Assembly (NCBI GenBank): GCA_963668645.2
Contig: CAXXWC010000008.1
Coordinates: 1 to 64,000, forward strand
Direction of reading: 5' to 3'
Origin: Desulfobacterales bacterium
GTDB lineage: Bacteria > Desulfobacterota > Desulfobacteria > Desulfobacterales > UBA2174
Length of the DNA: 64,000 nucleotides
Part shown: positions 24,016 through 34,778 of the stretch, piece by piece
Position numbering within the stretch: position 1 is the stretch's first letter
How the letters are laid out: each line of letters starts with the position of its first letter
Notes under the pieces: model-generated
The model's input: the letters and a program-made list of their open reading frames with translations, nothing else
What the model was told of the DNA's origin: nothing
Database searches by the model: none
Position numbers and translations under genes: made by a program

Positions 24016-24959
24016 TCCGGCTCATCCTGGCACCTCTCAGGGGGCTGACCGATTCTGTCTTTCGTTCGGTGTATGCCGCGCACTTCGGCGGTCTTGATGG
24101 GGCTGTGGCCCCCTTTGTAGCGGCGACCGGGGCAAAGGCGTCGGACCGTCTCCTGGCCGACCTCAAGCCGGAGCGCAATCAGGGCCTGCCGGTGGAACCC
24201 CAGATTCTAGGAAACGATCCGAAAACCTTTCTCGATACAGCCCTGCGTCTCGCCAGGCTGGGCTACGGGAGCGTCAACTGGAACCTCGGCTGCCCTTTTC
24301 CCATGGTGGCCCGTAAAATGCGCGGCAGCGGTCTGCTCAACCATCCGGGCCGCATTGAGGCTTTTCTCGACCAGGTGATGCCGGCGCTTTCCCTTCGTCT
24401 TTCGGTGAAGATGCGTCTGGGCCGGCACGATTCCGATGAGATCTTTACTCTTTTGCCGATTTTCGACCGTTATCCGCTCGATGCGATCGTCATTCATCCG
24501 CGTACCGGGGTTCAGATGTATGCCGGAGGCGTGGATCTGGAGACCTTCGGCCGCTGTCTGGAGGCCACCCGGCACCGGGTGGTGTACAACGGTGATATTC
24601 GCACTCCGGAGGATCTTGCCTGCATTGCAGAACGATTTCATCGGGTGGAGGACTTCATGATCGGCCGAGGGGTGCTCGTGGACTCATTTTTGCCCTCGCG
24701 TATCAGAGGCCGATCCTTGCCGGCCGATCCGGCCGGCCGTCTAATGTGCTTTTACGATGAATTACTGGGAGCTTACTCCCAACGCCTCAGCGGCCCGGGG
24801 CATCTGGTCGATCGCATGAAGGGGTTCTGGCGCTATCTGGCGTATTCTTTCGCTAACGCCGAAAGGGTGTGGCGCCGTATGCGGCGGGTGCGCGATTTGG
24901 CCGCGTATCGCGATGCAGCTCAAACGGTGTTCAAGACGGAAAATCTGATCGGTTTTTAA
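24003..24959 (+). CDS. tRNA-dihydrouridine synthase family protein
   Basis: LAPLRG, NLGCP, GSGLL, SVKMRLG, IHPRT, YNGDI and MIGRG motifs. Confidence 0.9.
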   Translation: MAQVIRLILAPLRGLTDSVFRSVYAAHFGGLDGAVAPFVAATGAKASDRLLADLKPERNQGLPVEPQILGNDPKTFLDTALRLARLGYGSVNWNLGCPFPMVARKMRGSGLLNHPGRIEAFLDQVMPALSLRLSVKMRLGRHDSDEIFTLLPIFDRYPLDAIVIHPRTGVQMYAGGVDLETFGRCLEATRHRVVYNGDIRTPEDLACIAERFHRVEDFMIGRGVLVDSFLPSRIRGRSLPADPAGRLMCFYDELLGAYSQRLSGPGHLVDRMKGFWRYLAYSFANAERVWRRMRRVRDLAAYRDAAQTVFKTENLIGF

Positions 24960-25039
24960 AAATCAGTCTGTGCATCAGGCGTCAGGGCGGGTGCTTGCGG
25001 CGATGGTGGCCAAGGTTTCCACAATATGCTCCACTTCAT

Positions 25040-25483
25040 TCAAGACCCCGAAAACCTGCCGATGGCCCTCAGATAGGCGTCCGGGTGCTGCAGGCCGATG
25101 ACGCTGTAAAGCGCTTCACTGCGCCGGATAAACATCACATGGGGGATTCCCTTGACCCGGTAGGCCTGGGCCAGTTCACGGTTGCGGTCCACATTGACCC
25201 TGTAAAAGCGGGCCTTATCCCCATGCTTGCGAGCGATTTCTTCCAGGATGGGTAGAAGCTGGCGGCACGGGCCGCACCAGTCGGCATAAAAATCCACCAC
25301 CACAAGTCCGTCGCCCGCATCGGCCAGGGCCTTTTCAAAGGCCCGGGTCCCCTCAAGACTCGCGATTGTCTGGTGGCTTTCTGATTTTTCAACGATATCG
25401 GCATGTTTTTCCGAACATCCGACCGTCGTGGCCCCTATGAAGACCAGGGTCATGGCCCAAAGAAGAATTCGCTGCGCAGGCAT
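25040..25483 (-). CDS. Thioredoxin with predicted lipoprotein signal
   Basis: DFYADWCGPC active site; hydrophobic N-terminus ending in TTVGC. Confidence 0.85.
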   Translation of the reverse strand: MPAQRILLWAMTLVFIGATTVGCSEKHADIVEKSESHQTIASLEGTRAFEKALADAGDGLVVVDFYADWCGPCRQLLPILEEIARKHGDKARFYRVNVDRNRELAQAYRVKGIPHVMFIRRSEALYSVIGLQHPDAYLRAIGRFSGS

Positions 25484-25838
25484 AGTGGGATTCGATCCTC
25501 GGATTAAAGTTGCGGTTTCGTGCGTCTTGAGATTGCCGGCCCAGATGCGCGGTTTGCGCCGCAACGGTGTATGGCCGTGCCCGCTGTACGATGCAATGAG
25601 ACCGCCGGTATCAAAAGGTTACGCCTTTGCCGGCGCGATCCTCGGGGATTCAGCCGGCCGTTTGAGTAAGACTCATCTTAAGGGGCCTTGCCGCCCTCGT
25701 CAATCCAACGATTGCGGCAACGGCTTTTCTATGTTTCAATCGGGCTGATCAATTGAGGTTGCCCCATAGATACCGGGGGCGGACAAATTCGCCGGCCGGG
25801 GCCGTGTCATTCTTGCATGGAAGCCGGAGAGATCGACA

Positions 25839-26777
25839 ATGCCAAAGCGTTTGCATGTCCTGTGTTATACCGCCATGATCTTGCTTCTTTGGGGATGCGC
25901 CACCACCCCGATGATGGTCGATCGCATGACCGCCATGATCCAGGGCGGCATGGCAGCCTACGACTCCGAGCCGGACCTGGAATTGCTGCGCGAAGCCTTG
26001 CCGGCCCATATCAAGCTGGCTGAAATTCTCCAGCGAAACGATCCTGACCATTCGGGCGCCAACTTGCTTTTGGCCCAACTTTTCGGCACTTATGCCTTCG
26101 CAGTGATCGAAGCCCGGCTAGTCGCATTGCAGTTCGATCCATCCGCGGGATTGCATCCGCCCGGCACCGCCGCCTTGCGCCGTCGGGCGGATGCCTTTTA
26201 CCGGCGCGGAGCGGCCCACGCCCTGCGTTGCATAGAAGCGCGCCACCAGACTTTTAACACCCGGATCGACCGGATCGATACCCGCGACGAGGCCCTGGAG
26301 AGCCTGAGCGCGGCGGACGTTCCGGCGCTCTTTTGGTATGCGTTCAACCTTGGCAGCCGTGTGAATCTTAACCGCACCGATCTGCGTATCCTGGCCCGGG
26401 GCCATCTGGCTGAATCGGCCATGCGGCGGGTGGCGGCGTTGGCACCGGACTTCGCCCACGGAGCGGCCCACGTCTTCTTGATGGCCTACTACGCGGCCCA
26501 GCCTACGGCCATGGGCCGGCCTGATGATCTGGTAGAAGCACACTACCGTGCGGTAAAGGACCTGGCCGATGGCGCACGCCTGGCGGCCGACGTCGTGTAT
26601 GCCCGGGAGGTGCTGGTCCGCCGATGGGATTGCGACGGTTTCATTCAAGCCTTGGACCGGGTGTTGGCCAGCGGTGACACTGCGGCCCGCTGTCTGCTGG
26701 ACCGCCTGGCCTTGGAACAGGCCACCTTGTTGCGGCAGGCGGCAGAGCGCCTGTTTGCCGAAAGGAAAAGCCCATGA
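25839..26777 (+). CDS. TRAP transporter TatT component (TPAT T protein, lipoprotein)
   Basis: Lipobox LLWGC, helical TPR-like body (VPALFW) and position directly before dctP-Q-M. Confidence 0.78.
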   Translation: MPKRLHVLCYTAMILLLWGCATTPMMVDRMTAMIQGGMAAYDSEPDLELLREALPAHIKLAEILQRNDPDHSGANLLLAQLFGTYAFAVIEARLVALQFDPSAGLHPPGTAALRRRADAFYRRGAAHALRCIEARHQTFNTRIDRIDTRDEALESLSAADVPALFWYAFNLGSRVNLNRTDLRILARGHLAESAMRRVAALAPDFAHGAAHVFLMAYYAAQPTAMGRPDDLVEAHYRAVKDLADGARLAADVVYAREVLVRRWDCDGFIQALDRVLASGDTAARCLLDRLALEQATLLRQAAERLFAERKSP

Positions 26778-27784
26778 TGAAAGGATGGCGTCAGTGGATC
26801 TGGACCCTCATTCCGGCCTGGCTTCTGGCGGCCGCCGTACCGGTCGTTGCCAAGACCACTATCAAGGTCGCCCTGGTAACTCCAGAGGGAAGCGCCTGGA
26901 CCGAAACGATGCATCGTTTTGCCGATGAAGCGGCCCGGCAAACCAGCGGTGCGGTGGACTTTCAAATCCTGGCCGGTGGGGTAAGCGGCGATGAACTCGA
27001 CGTGATCCGCAAAATGCGGGCGCGCCAGATCCATGCGGCCGGTTTTTCCGGCGTCGGCCTGGGGGTTTTGCTGCCCGAGATCCGGATTCTCGAAGCGCCC
27101 TTGCTCTTTCACAGCGAGGCCGAGTTGGACCACGTCAAGGAGGTCCTCTTCGATCGTTTTGCAGCCGGGCTTGACACCAAAGGATATGTCCTTTTGGGGT
27201 TTGCCGAGGCCGGGTTCGTCTATTTTTTCGGCCGCCAGGATCTGTCGGCCCCCGGAGTGTTGGCGGATGCCAAGATGTGGGCATGGAAGGGCGACCCGGT
27301 GGCGGAAACCTTTCTGACCACTTTCGGCATCCGCGCCGTTCCCCTGCACCTGGCGGATGTCAACACCGGGCTGGAAACCGGGATGATCGACGCTTTTTAC
27401 GCCCCGTCTCTGGCGGCGGTGGCTTTTCAGTGGTATGCGCGGGCGCGCTATCTGCTCGACTATCCCATGGTCAACTCCACCGGGGCCCTGGTTTTGAGCA
27501 AGGCGGTTTTCGAAAGCCTCGATCCGCCCCATCAAGCCCTCCTGCGTAACCTGGCCGGGCGCTATTGCCGGGAATTGGTGGCCCATTCGCGCCGGGACAA
27601 TGCCGAAGCCCTGGCCTTGATGCGCGAGACCGGTATGCGTTTTGTTTCTCCGGACGAACTTATGATCCGTACCTTTGCGGCCAACGCCCGGCGAACATAC
27701 GCCAAGCACATCCCTTCGCTTTACTCCCAAGAACTTTTCGACCAGGTCCAGCAGATCCTGGCCGAATGGCGCCGCCGTCCATGA
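26774..27784 (+). CDS. dctP: TRAP substrate-binding protein DctP (TatP type)
   Basis: Signal peptide; PEGSAW, GGVSGDE...IRKMR and GLETGMID motifs. Confidence 0.88.
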   Translation: MMKGWRQWIWTLIPAWLLAAAVPVVAKTTIKVALVTPEGSAWTETMHRFADEAARQTSGAVDFQILAGGVSGDELDVIRKMRARQIHAAGFSGVGLGVLLPEIRILEAPLLFHSEAELDHVKEVLFDRFAAGLDTKGYVLLGFAEAGFVYFFGRQDLSAPGVLADAKMWAWKGDPVAETFLTTFGIRAVPLHLADVNTGLETGMIDAFYAPSLAAVAFQWYARARYLLDYPMVNSTGALVLSKAVFESLDPPHQALLRNLAGRYCRELVAHSRRDNAEALALMRETGMRFVSPDELMIRTFAANARRTYAKHIPSLYSQELFDQVQQILAEWRRRP

Positions 27785-28314
27785 CGCCGTCAATCGGTCA
27801 TCCGACCGGCGGCGTCATTTCCTGGGCGGACAGGCTTTGGGCAGGACTGAGACGGCTCGACCAGGGACTGGTGGCCCTGGAACGGAGCCTGGCGGTGTTG
27901 CTCACCGCAGCCTTGGTGTTGACAATGGCCGGAACGGTGGTCGGCCGCTACCTGATACCCATATCGGCCCCGTATTTGCTTGAGGCCGCCCCGCTTCTCA
28001 TGCTTTGGCTGGCTCTGGTGGGTGCCAGCCTGGCACTGCAAAGCGGAAGGCATATCCGCCTGGAGCTGGTTATGAGATTGATGCCGCCGGCCTTGCGAAG
28101 GATGGGACGGGTGGTGGCGGGCTTATGCGGCTCGGGTTTGATGGGATTTTTGGCCTATCTGGCCCTCGATTTCCTGCGCGGCGAGATAGAACTTTTCGGC
28201 CCTCGGGGTTGGACGGCCGTTATCTTTCCGGCCTTTTTCTCTGCTGCGGCCTTGCGCTTCATGATTCAGGCGGCCGGCTGCTTTATCCGGGCTGGAAAGG
28301 AGGCACCGCCATGA
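27781..28314 (+). CDS. dctQ: TRAP small permease
   Basis: Four TM segments; GASLA...HIRLE motif; overlapping start/stop on both sides. Confidence 0.85.
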   Translation: MTPSIGHPTGGVISWADRLWAGLRRLDQGLVALERSLAVLLTAALVLTMAGTVVGRYLIPISAPYLLEAAPLLMLWLALVGASLALQSGRHIRLELVMRLMPPALRRMGRVVAGLCGSGLMGFLAYLALDFLRGEIELFGPRGWTAVIFPAFFSAAALRFMIQAAGCFIRAGKEAPP

Positions 28315-29588
28315 CCGTCGCTGGGCTGGCTACAGGTGCAGTCATACTGATGGCCCTTTGTGAAGCGCCCCTTTTCACCGTGCTGACGGCTCTAAGCGCG
28401 GTGCTGCTCTATGCGGACGGGGGTGATCTGCTGGCCCTGCAAACCATTTTTATCGAAATGTACCGTTTGGCCGGGATGCCGGTGTTGGTGGCCCTGCCGT
28501 TGTTTACCCTGGCCGGATGCATGCTTACGGCCACTGAGGCCCCACGGCGTATCGCCGGCCTGCTCCAGGCCCTGCTTGGATGGTTGCCCGGAGGGATCGG
28601 TGTGGCGGCGGTGGGGGCCTGCGCCCTGTTTACCGCCCTGACCGGGGCCAGCGGCGTGACCATCGTGGCCCTGGGCAGCGTTCTTTATCCTATCTTGCAT
28701 CAGCAACGCCGATATGGGCAGGATTTCACCCTGGGGCTGCTCACCACCGGCGGCAGCCTGGGGCTGCTTTTCGCGCCCAGCCTGCCGTTGATTCTCTATG
28801 CGGTGGTGGCCCGGGTCGATATCGGCCAGATGTTTCACGCCGCCCTGGTCCCCGGTGTCCTGCTCATGGTCGGACTGAGCGTTTTTTGCGTGGTGCGGCG
28901 CCTGGGTCCTCACAGACCGCCCCCGGAACGTCCGGCCATCGGTGCCGCTTTGCGCCGCAGTGCCTGGGACTGGCCGATTCTGGGGATTATTCTGGTAGGG
29001 GTCTATGGTGGCTGGACCACCATCGCCGAGGTGTCGGTGCTCGTGGTAGTTTACATTTTTGTAGTTCATTGCCTCTTGCGCCGCGAGATCCACTGGCGCC
29101 GCCAGTTGCCGGACATCATGGTGGAAAGCGCTATGCTCTGCGGCGCCATCATCGTGATCCTGGGCGCGGCCCTGGCACTGACCGGATATCTTGTCGAGGC
29201 CCAGGTGCCCCAGCGGATTCTGTCCCTGATAAGCGGTCTTACCGAGAACCGGTACGTTTTTTTGGCTGGATTGAACTTATTTTTACTTGCCGTCGGATGC
29301 ATGATGGACATCTTTTCAGCCATCGTCGTGGTGGTGCCGATCATGATCCCCATCGCCCTGCGTTACGGGATCGATCCTGTCCATCTGGGGATCATCTTTC
29401 TGGTCAATCTCGAAATCGGGTATGCCACGCCGCCGGTCGGCCTAAATCTTTTTATCGCCAGTTTGAAGTTCGAGGTGCCCATCACCCGGCTCTACCGCGC
29501 AGCCCTGCCTTTTCTGGCCGTTCTCCTGGCCGTGCTGGTGCTGATCACCTATCTGCCGGATCTGAGTCTCTGGGCTATTCGTCAGTAA
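28311..29588 (+). CDS. dctM: TRAP large permease
   Basis: ALPLFTLAG, TGASG, GSLGLLFAPS, GIDPVHLG and TPPVGLNLF motifs. Confidence 0.93.
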   Translation: MTVAGLATGAVILMALCEAPLFTVLTALSAVLLYADGGDLLALQTIFIEMYRLAGMPVLVALPLFTLAGCMLTATEAPRRIAGLLQALLGWLPGGIGVAAVGACALFTALTGASGVTIVALGSVLYPILHQQRRYGQDFTLGLLTTGGSLGLLFAPSLPLILYAVVARVDIGQMFHAALVPGVLLMVGLSVFCVVRRLGPHRPPPERPAIGAALRRSAWDWPILGIILVGVYGGWTTIAEVSVLVVVYIFVVHCLLRREIHWRRQLPDIMVESAMLCGAIIVILGAALALTGYLVEAQVPQRILSLISGLTENRYVFLAGLNLFLLAVGCMMDIFSAIVVVVPIMIPIALRYGIDPVHLGIIFLVNLEIGYATPPVGLNLFIASLKFEVPITRLYRAALPFLAVLLAVLVLITYLPDLSLWAIRQ

Positions 29589-29772
29589 CTGTCCAGACAC
29601 TCGCTAGGCCCTGCGCCATTTGCAGTGCTCCGATTTTGCCACCAGAAAAAATCCCAATTTGTCATATAGTAAATAAATATAAACAAAAATGTAATTCATT
29701 TTTTATTCCGGCAAGCACCTGTAGGATATTTTTGTATAATAATTTCAGATAAATGTAGATTGTTGGGTCAGT

Positions 29773-29788
29773 TGGCACGCCGTTTGTA
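29773..29788 (+). promoter_or_regulatory. Probable sigma54 promoter of PII-amtB
   Basis: TGGCACGCCGTTTGTA (TGGCACG-N4-TTGT; -12 GT variant) preceded by an AT-rich region. Confidence 0.6.
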
Positions 29789-29816
29789 ATGTTAAGATGC
29801 CAAGAAACATTTTTGA

Positions 29817-30206
<390 letters not shown>

Positions 30207-30259
30207 AGCCGCCGGTCATGACAAGGACGCATCTATACATCCCAAGGAGTCGCACAACC

Positions 30260-31669
30260 ATGAAAACTATCCTGTTTACCATCGTCGCTCTTTTCATTGT
30301 TCCGATGGCCGGTTGGGCCGATGATGCCGCGCCCACAGTGCTTTCCAACAAGGAGGCCATCGATCTGGTCCAAACCCATGCCAACTATCTGTGGACCCTT
30401 GTCGCCGCCAGCCTGGTCTTTTTCATGCAGGCCGGTTTTGCCATGGTTGAGGCCGGTTTCACCCGGGCCAAAAACGCCGTCAACATCATGATGAAAAATT
30501 TGATGGATTTTTCCATGGGTTCCATCGCTTTTTGGGCCGTGGGTTTCGGCTTGATGTTCGGTGCCTCGAGTACCGGCTGGTTCGGTGCCAGCGGCTTTTT
30601 CCTTTCCGATTTCACACCGGGCGGGGATCCGTGGGTACTGGCGTTTTGGATGTTCCAGGTGGTCTTCGCCGCTACGGCCGCCACCATTGTTTCGGGGGCC
30701 ATGGCCGAGCGCACCAAGTTTATCGGCTACATTATTTACAGTATCTTTATCAGCGGCTTGATCTACCCGATCTTCGGCAGCTGGGCCTGGGGTGGTCTTT
30801 TCAACGGTTCAGGCTGGCTTGAGGGGCTCGGATTCATCGATTTTGCAGGATCGACCGTCGTTCATTCGGTGGGCGGCTGGGCTGCGCTGGCCGGTGCCAT
30901 CGTGCTGGGGCCCCGCCTGGGCAAATACACCAAGGAAGGAGCGGTGCGTCCCATCCTGGGGCATAACATTCCCATTGCGGCCCTGGGGGTCTTTATCCTT
31001 TGGCTCGGCTGGTTCGGCTTCAACCCCGGTTCGACCACCACCGCCGACAAGAGCATCGCCATGATCTTCGTCAACACCAACCTTTCAGCGGCCGCCGGAG
31101 CCATTGCGGCCATGCTCGTCTCCTGGATCCGTTTCGGCAAACCCGAGGTCGGCATGAGCCTCAACGGAGTTTTGGCCGGTCTGGTGGCCATTACGGCGGG
31201 CTGCGCCAACGTGACGCCCGGCAGTTCAATTATCATCGGCGCCGTGGCTGGCGTGCTGGTTTTCTTTGCGGTGCTCTTCTTTGACAAGATCAAAATTGAC
31301 GACCCGGTAGGTGCGGTCTCGGTCCACGGCGTCAATGGCGCCTGGGGAACCCTGGCGGCCGGCATCTTCAACATTGGCGGCACGTCGGCAAAGATCATCG
31401 GTGTGCAGCTGCTCGGGATCGGCGCCTGTTTCGTGTGGACCTTCGGCACCGCCATGGTGCTTTTCCTGGTCATCCACAAGACCATCGGCTTGCGTGTTTC
31501 GGCCGAAGAAGAGATCGAAGGCCTGGATGGCGCCGAACACGGTGGGAATGCCTATCCGGACTTTGCCGGCGCTTCCCATGGCAGCCTCGGTACCGGTACC
31601 CCAGGGGGGCCGGGAATCCCGGCCATGGCTCGCCACTTGGTGGAATCGACCGAAAGCAGCACCGCCTGA
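30260..31669 (+). CDS. amtB: Ammonium transporter
   Basis: FMQAGFAMVEAG, DFAGSTVVH, GWFGFN and DDPVGAVSVHG (twin His intact). Confidence 0.96.
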   Translation: MKTILFTIVALFIVPMAGWADDAAPTVLSNKEAIDLVQTHANYLWTLVAASLVFFMQAGFAMVEAGFTRAKNAVNIMMKNLMDFSMGSIAFWAVGFGLMFGASSTGWFGASGFFLSDFTPGGDPWVLAFWMFQVVFAATAATIVSGAMAERTKFIGYIIYSIFISGLIYPIFGSWAWGGLFNGSGWLEGLGFIDFAGSTVVHSVGGWAALAGAIVLGPRLGKYTKEGAVRPILGHNIPIAALGVFILWLGWFGFNPGSTTTADKSIAMIFVNTNLSAAAGAIAAMLVSWIRFGKPEVGMSLNGVLAGLVAITAGCANVTPGSSIIIGAVAGVLVFFAVLFFDKIKIDDPVGAVSVHGVNGAWGTLAAGIFNIGGTSAKIIGVQLLGIGACFVWTFGTAMVLFLVIHKTIGLRVSAEEEIEGLDGAEHGGNAYPDFAGASHGSLGTGTPGGPGIPAMARHLVESTESSTA

Positions 31670-31709
31670 TTCGGGCGGGAACCTGATTCCCCTGCGTTTG
31701 ATCTGATCC

Positions 31710-31744
31710 AGCCGCCGGCGTTGTTAACGCCGGCGGCTTTTTTT
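31710..31744 (+). terminator. Rho-independent terminator after amtB
   Basis: AGCCGCCGGCGTT / AACGCCGGCGGCT stem followed by a T run. Confidence 0.9.
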
Positions 31745-31897
31745 AGCTTTCGGGCACCTTGCGTCCACTCCAACCTCATGCGTCTATTTGAAAAATCCGG
31801 TCAAGCCGTCTGAAATTCGCTCGCAAGACGCCATGAGAAGAGTGCCAGAGGATGCCAGACGCCAGGATTTTTGATGGGAAACAGATTTTCAGGTATG

Positions 31898-31933
31898 AAA
31901 AAAGGGGGTACGGAAAATTCCGCACCCCCTTTT
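31898..31933 (-). terminator. Terminator of the tRNA-Val/Asp transcript (possibly bidirectional)
   Basis: AAAAGGGGGTACGGAA / TTCCGCACCCCCTTTT stem with A and T runs on the flanks. Confidence 0.8.
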
Positions 31934-31944
31934 GATTTGTCGTG

Positions 31945-32022
<78 letters not shown>

Positions 32023-32053
32023 GCATGTTGACATCTTCACTTGGGAAAGTCTC

Positions 32054-32129
32054 TGGTGGGCGGAACAGGGCTTGAACCTGTGACCCCCGGCTTGTAAGGC
32101 CGGCGCTCTCCCAGCTGAGCTATCCGCCC
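32054..32129 (-). tRNA. tRNA-Val(TAC)
   Basis: GGGCGGATAGCTCAG...CCGGC-CTTACAA-GCCGG...GTTCAAG...CCGCCCACCA. Confidence 0.97.
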
Positions 32130-32255
32130 GGCGCTACAGTCCCGGGAGGCGATCCCCCGTGAAGACTCGGCTACCTACCAATAAACGCCAACGCTTGTCA
32201 AGCAAATTGTGGCCCTTCGGCAGCATGTTTTATCGACCGCCGTATTTCCACCTGC

Positions 32256-34721
32256 TCAATGGGTTAGCGAGGGCATATCCTCATCGCCGATGTCGCTCTC
32301 GCCTCTGTCAATTCCATTGGGCGGCAGGGCAAATGAGATGTCGTTTTCCTTGAACAGGACGTCTCCTTCGGCCAGGATCATCGCATGGCTGAGCACTTCA
32401 TCCATGTGTTCGACCATCACGATTTGGACCTGTTTCTGGATACTGCTCGGGATTTCCTTGATATCTTTCTCGTTTTCGCTGGGGATGAGCACTTTGCGGA
32501 TTCCGCCGCGGTGGGCCGCCAGGATCTTTTCTTTGAGGCCGCCGATGGCAAGAACCCGGCCCCGCAAGGTGATTTCGCCGGTCATTGCGATGTCGCGATA
32601 CACCGGCCTGCGGGTAAGGGCAGAAACCAGGGAAGTACACATCGAGATTCCTGCCGAAGGCCCGTCCTTGGGGATGGCCCCTTCCGGCACATGGATATGA
32701 ATGTCGAAATGCTGGTAGAAGTTGGCGTCGATGCGCAGGCTCTGTGCCCGTGAGCGCACGTAGCTGACCGCTGCCTGGGCCGACTCCTTCATCACGTCGC
32801 CCAGCTTGCCGGTGATGCTCAGCTTGCCGCGTCCGGGCATGATCAAGGTCTCGATGCACAGAAGCTCCCCGCCCACCTGGGTCCAGGCCAGACCTGTGAC
32901 CAGACCCACTTGATCCTGCTCTTCAATCTGGCCGGGCTTGAAACGCCGTGGTCCAAGGTACTTCGTCACGCTCTGGGCCGTGACCCGGTAAGGTTTGCCG
33001 TTCTGGTCATTGACCACCTGGCGGGCGATTTTACGGCAGATCGAGGCGATTTCGCGTTCCAGATTGCGTACCCCTGCTTCGCGGGTGTACTGGCGGATAA
33101 TGGAATAGATGGCGTTTTTGGAAAAAGAGACGTCCTTGCCCTCCAGACCGTTGGCCTGGATCTGCTTGGTGACGAGAAACTCTTCGGCGATGTGGTACTT
33201 TTCGTATTCGGTATACCCGGGCAGGCGGATGATCTCCATGCGGTCCTGCAGCGGCAGGGGGATATCTGGCAAGGTGTTGGCCGTGGTGACGAACATGATA
33301 TCCGAAAGATCGTAATCCACATCCAGGTAGTGATCGTTGAAGCTGAAGTTCTGCTCCGGATCGAGGACCTCGAGAAGCGCGGCGGACGGATCGCCGCGAA
33401 AATCCATGCTCATCTTGTCGATTTCGTCCAGGCAAAAAACCGGATTGTTGACCCCTGCTTTTTTGAGGGACTGGATGATCTTGCCGGGCATGGCCCCGAT
33501 ATAGGTGCGCCGATGGCCGCGGATTTCGGCTTCGTCGCGTACCCCGCCCAGCGAGATGCGTACGAACTTGCGGCCGGTGGACCGGGCGATCGATTTTGCC
33601 AGAGAGGTTTTGCCTACTCCCGGCGGTCCCACGAAGCACAGGATCGGTCCGCGCACCTTGTCCATCAGGGCCTGGACCGCCAGGTACTCGATGATCCGCT
33701 CCTTGGGTTTTTCCAGCCCGTAGTGGTCCTCGTCCAGGATTTTTTCGGCCTCGCGGATGTCGTGCTTGACTTCCGTTTTTTCGTACCAGGGCAGCCCGAT
33801 GAGCCATTCGATGTAGTTGCGCACGACGGTGGCTTCGGCGCTCATGGGCGCCATGAGCTTGAGCTTGCGGAATTCGCGACGGATTTTTTCGGTCGCCTCT
33901 TCGCTCATCTGCTTGCTGTCGATCTCCTTTTCAAGCTCCTGGAGATCCTCCTGGCTGTCGTCCTCGGTGCCCATCTCCTTTTTGATGGCCCGCATCTGCT
34001 CGTTGAGATAGTAGTTGCGCTGGGTCTTTTCCATCTGTTCCTTGACCCGCTCCTTGATGCGCTTGTCCATCTCAAAGACTTCGATCTCCATGCGGATCAG
34101 GCTCAAGAGCAAAGAGAGGCGCTCCTCGATGTCCACCGCTTCGAGCAGACGCTGCTTGTCGGGAATGCGGAAGGAAAAATGGGCCGTAATCGTGTCGGCG
34201 AGCTTGGAGGGGTCGCCGATGGAAAGGACGTTGGCCACCAGGTCCTTATTGATATTCTTGCTGATCTTGCCGTATTCCTGAAAGGCCTCCTGCACCGCAC
34301 GGGTGGTGGCCAGGCGCACGGTCTCCTTCAGGGGCTCTTCGACCACCCGCTCGACTTCCACCGAAAAAAAGTCCTCTTCCCCCACGAAGCGCTGGATACG
34401 TGCCCGTGTTTCACCTTCCACCAGAGCCTTGACCGTGCCGTCGGGCAGTTTGAGCAGCTGCAACACCTTGCCGACGGTGCCCATCTCAGAGATGTCATCG
34501 GCTTCGGGGGTGTCGACGTTGGCCTTTTTCTGGGTGGCCAGAAAGACGCGTTTTTCCCGGTTCATGGCCTCGGCCAGGGCACTGACCGATTTTTTGCGTC
34601 CGACAAAAAGAGGTGCCACCATGTAGGGAAAAACCACGATGTCGCGCAGGGGTAGCAGTGGCAGGATCTCGGGAGGGGGAGCGTCTTCTGATGGGCGAAA
34701 AATCTTGGGAACGTGAATCAT
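32256..34721 (-). CDS. lon: Lon protease
   Basis: [19 protein letters not shown] and PKDGPSAG motifs; start approximate. Confidence 0.97.
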   Translation of the reverse strand: MIHVPKIFRPSEDAPPPEILPLLPLRDIVVFPYMVAPLFVGRKKSVSALAEAMNREKRVFLATQKKANVDTPEADDISEMGTVGKVLQLLKLPDGTVKALVEGETRARIQRFVGEEDFFSVEVERVVEEPLKETVRLATTRAVQEAFQEYGKISKNINKDLVANVLSIGDPSKLADTITAHFSFRIPDKQRLLEAVDIEERLSLLLSLIRMEIEVFEMDKRIKERVKEQMEKTQRNYYLNEQMRAIKKEMGTEDDSQEDLQELEKEIDSKQMSEEATEKIRREFRKLKLMAPMSAEATVVRNYIEWLIGLPWYEKTEVKHDIREAEKILDEDHYGLEKPKERIIEYLAVQALMDKVRGPILCFVGPPGVGKTSLAKSIARSTGRKFVRISLGGVRDEAEIRGHRRTYIGAMPGKIIQSLKKAGVNNPVFCLDEIDKMSMDFRGDPSAALLEVLDPEQNFSFNDHYLDVDYDLSDIMFVTTANTLPDIPLPLQDRMEIIRLPGYTEYEKYHIAEEFLVTKQIQANGLEGKDVSFSKNAIYSIIRQYTREAGVRNLEREIASICRKIARQVVNDQNGKPYRVTAQSVTKYLGPRRFKPGQIEEQDQVGLVTGLAWTQVGGELLCIETLIMPGRGKLSITGKLGDVMKESAQAAVSYVRSRAQSLRIDANFYQHFDIHIHVPEGAIPKDGPSAGISMCTSLVSALTRRPVYRDIAMTGEITLRGRVLAIGGLKEKILAAHRGGIRKVLIPSENEKDIKEIPSSIQKQVQIVMVEHMDEVLSHAMILAEGDVLFKENDISFALPPNGIDRGESDIGDEDMPSLTH

Positions 34722-34778
34722 GGCAACTCTCGGTTTCTGTTTAAGCGGCAAGACCTTGACGGATCGAACCAATCAGGG

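Noticed and set aside
25663..25675. TGAGT-AAG-ACTCA palindrome upstream of the TPAT operon
   Set aside because: Only 5-bp arms, and the spacing does not match the FadR box; expected by chance.
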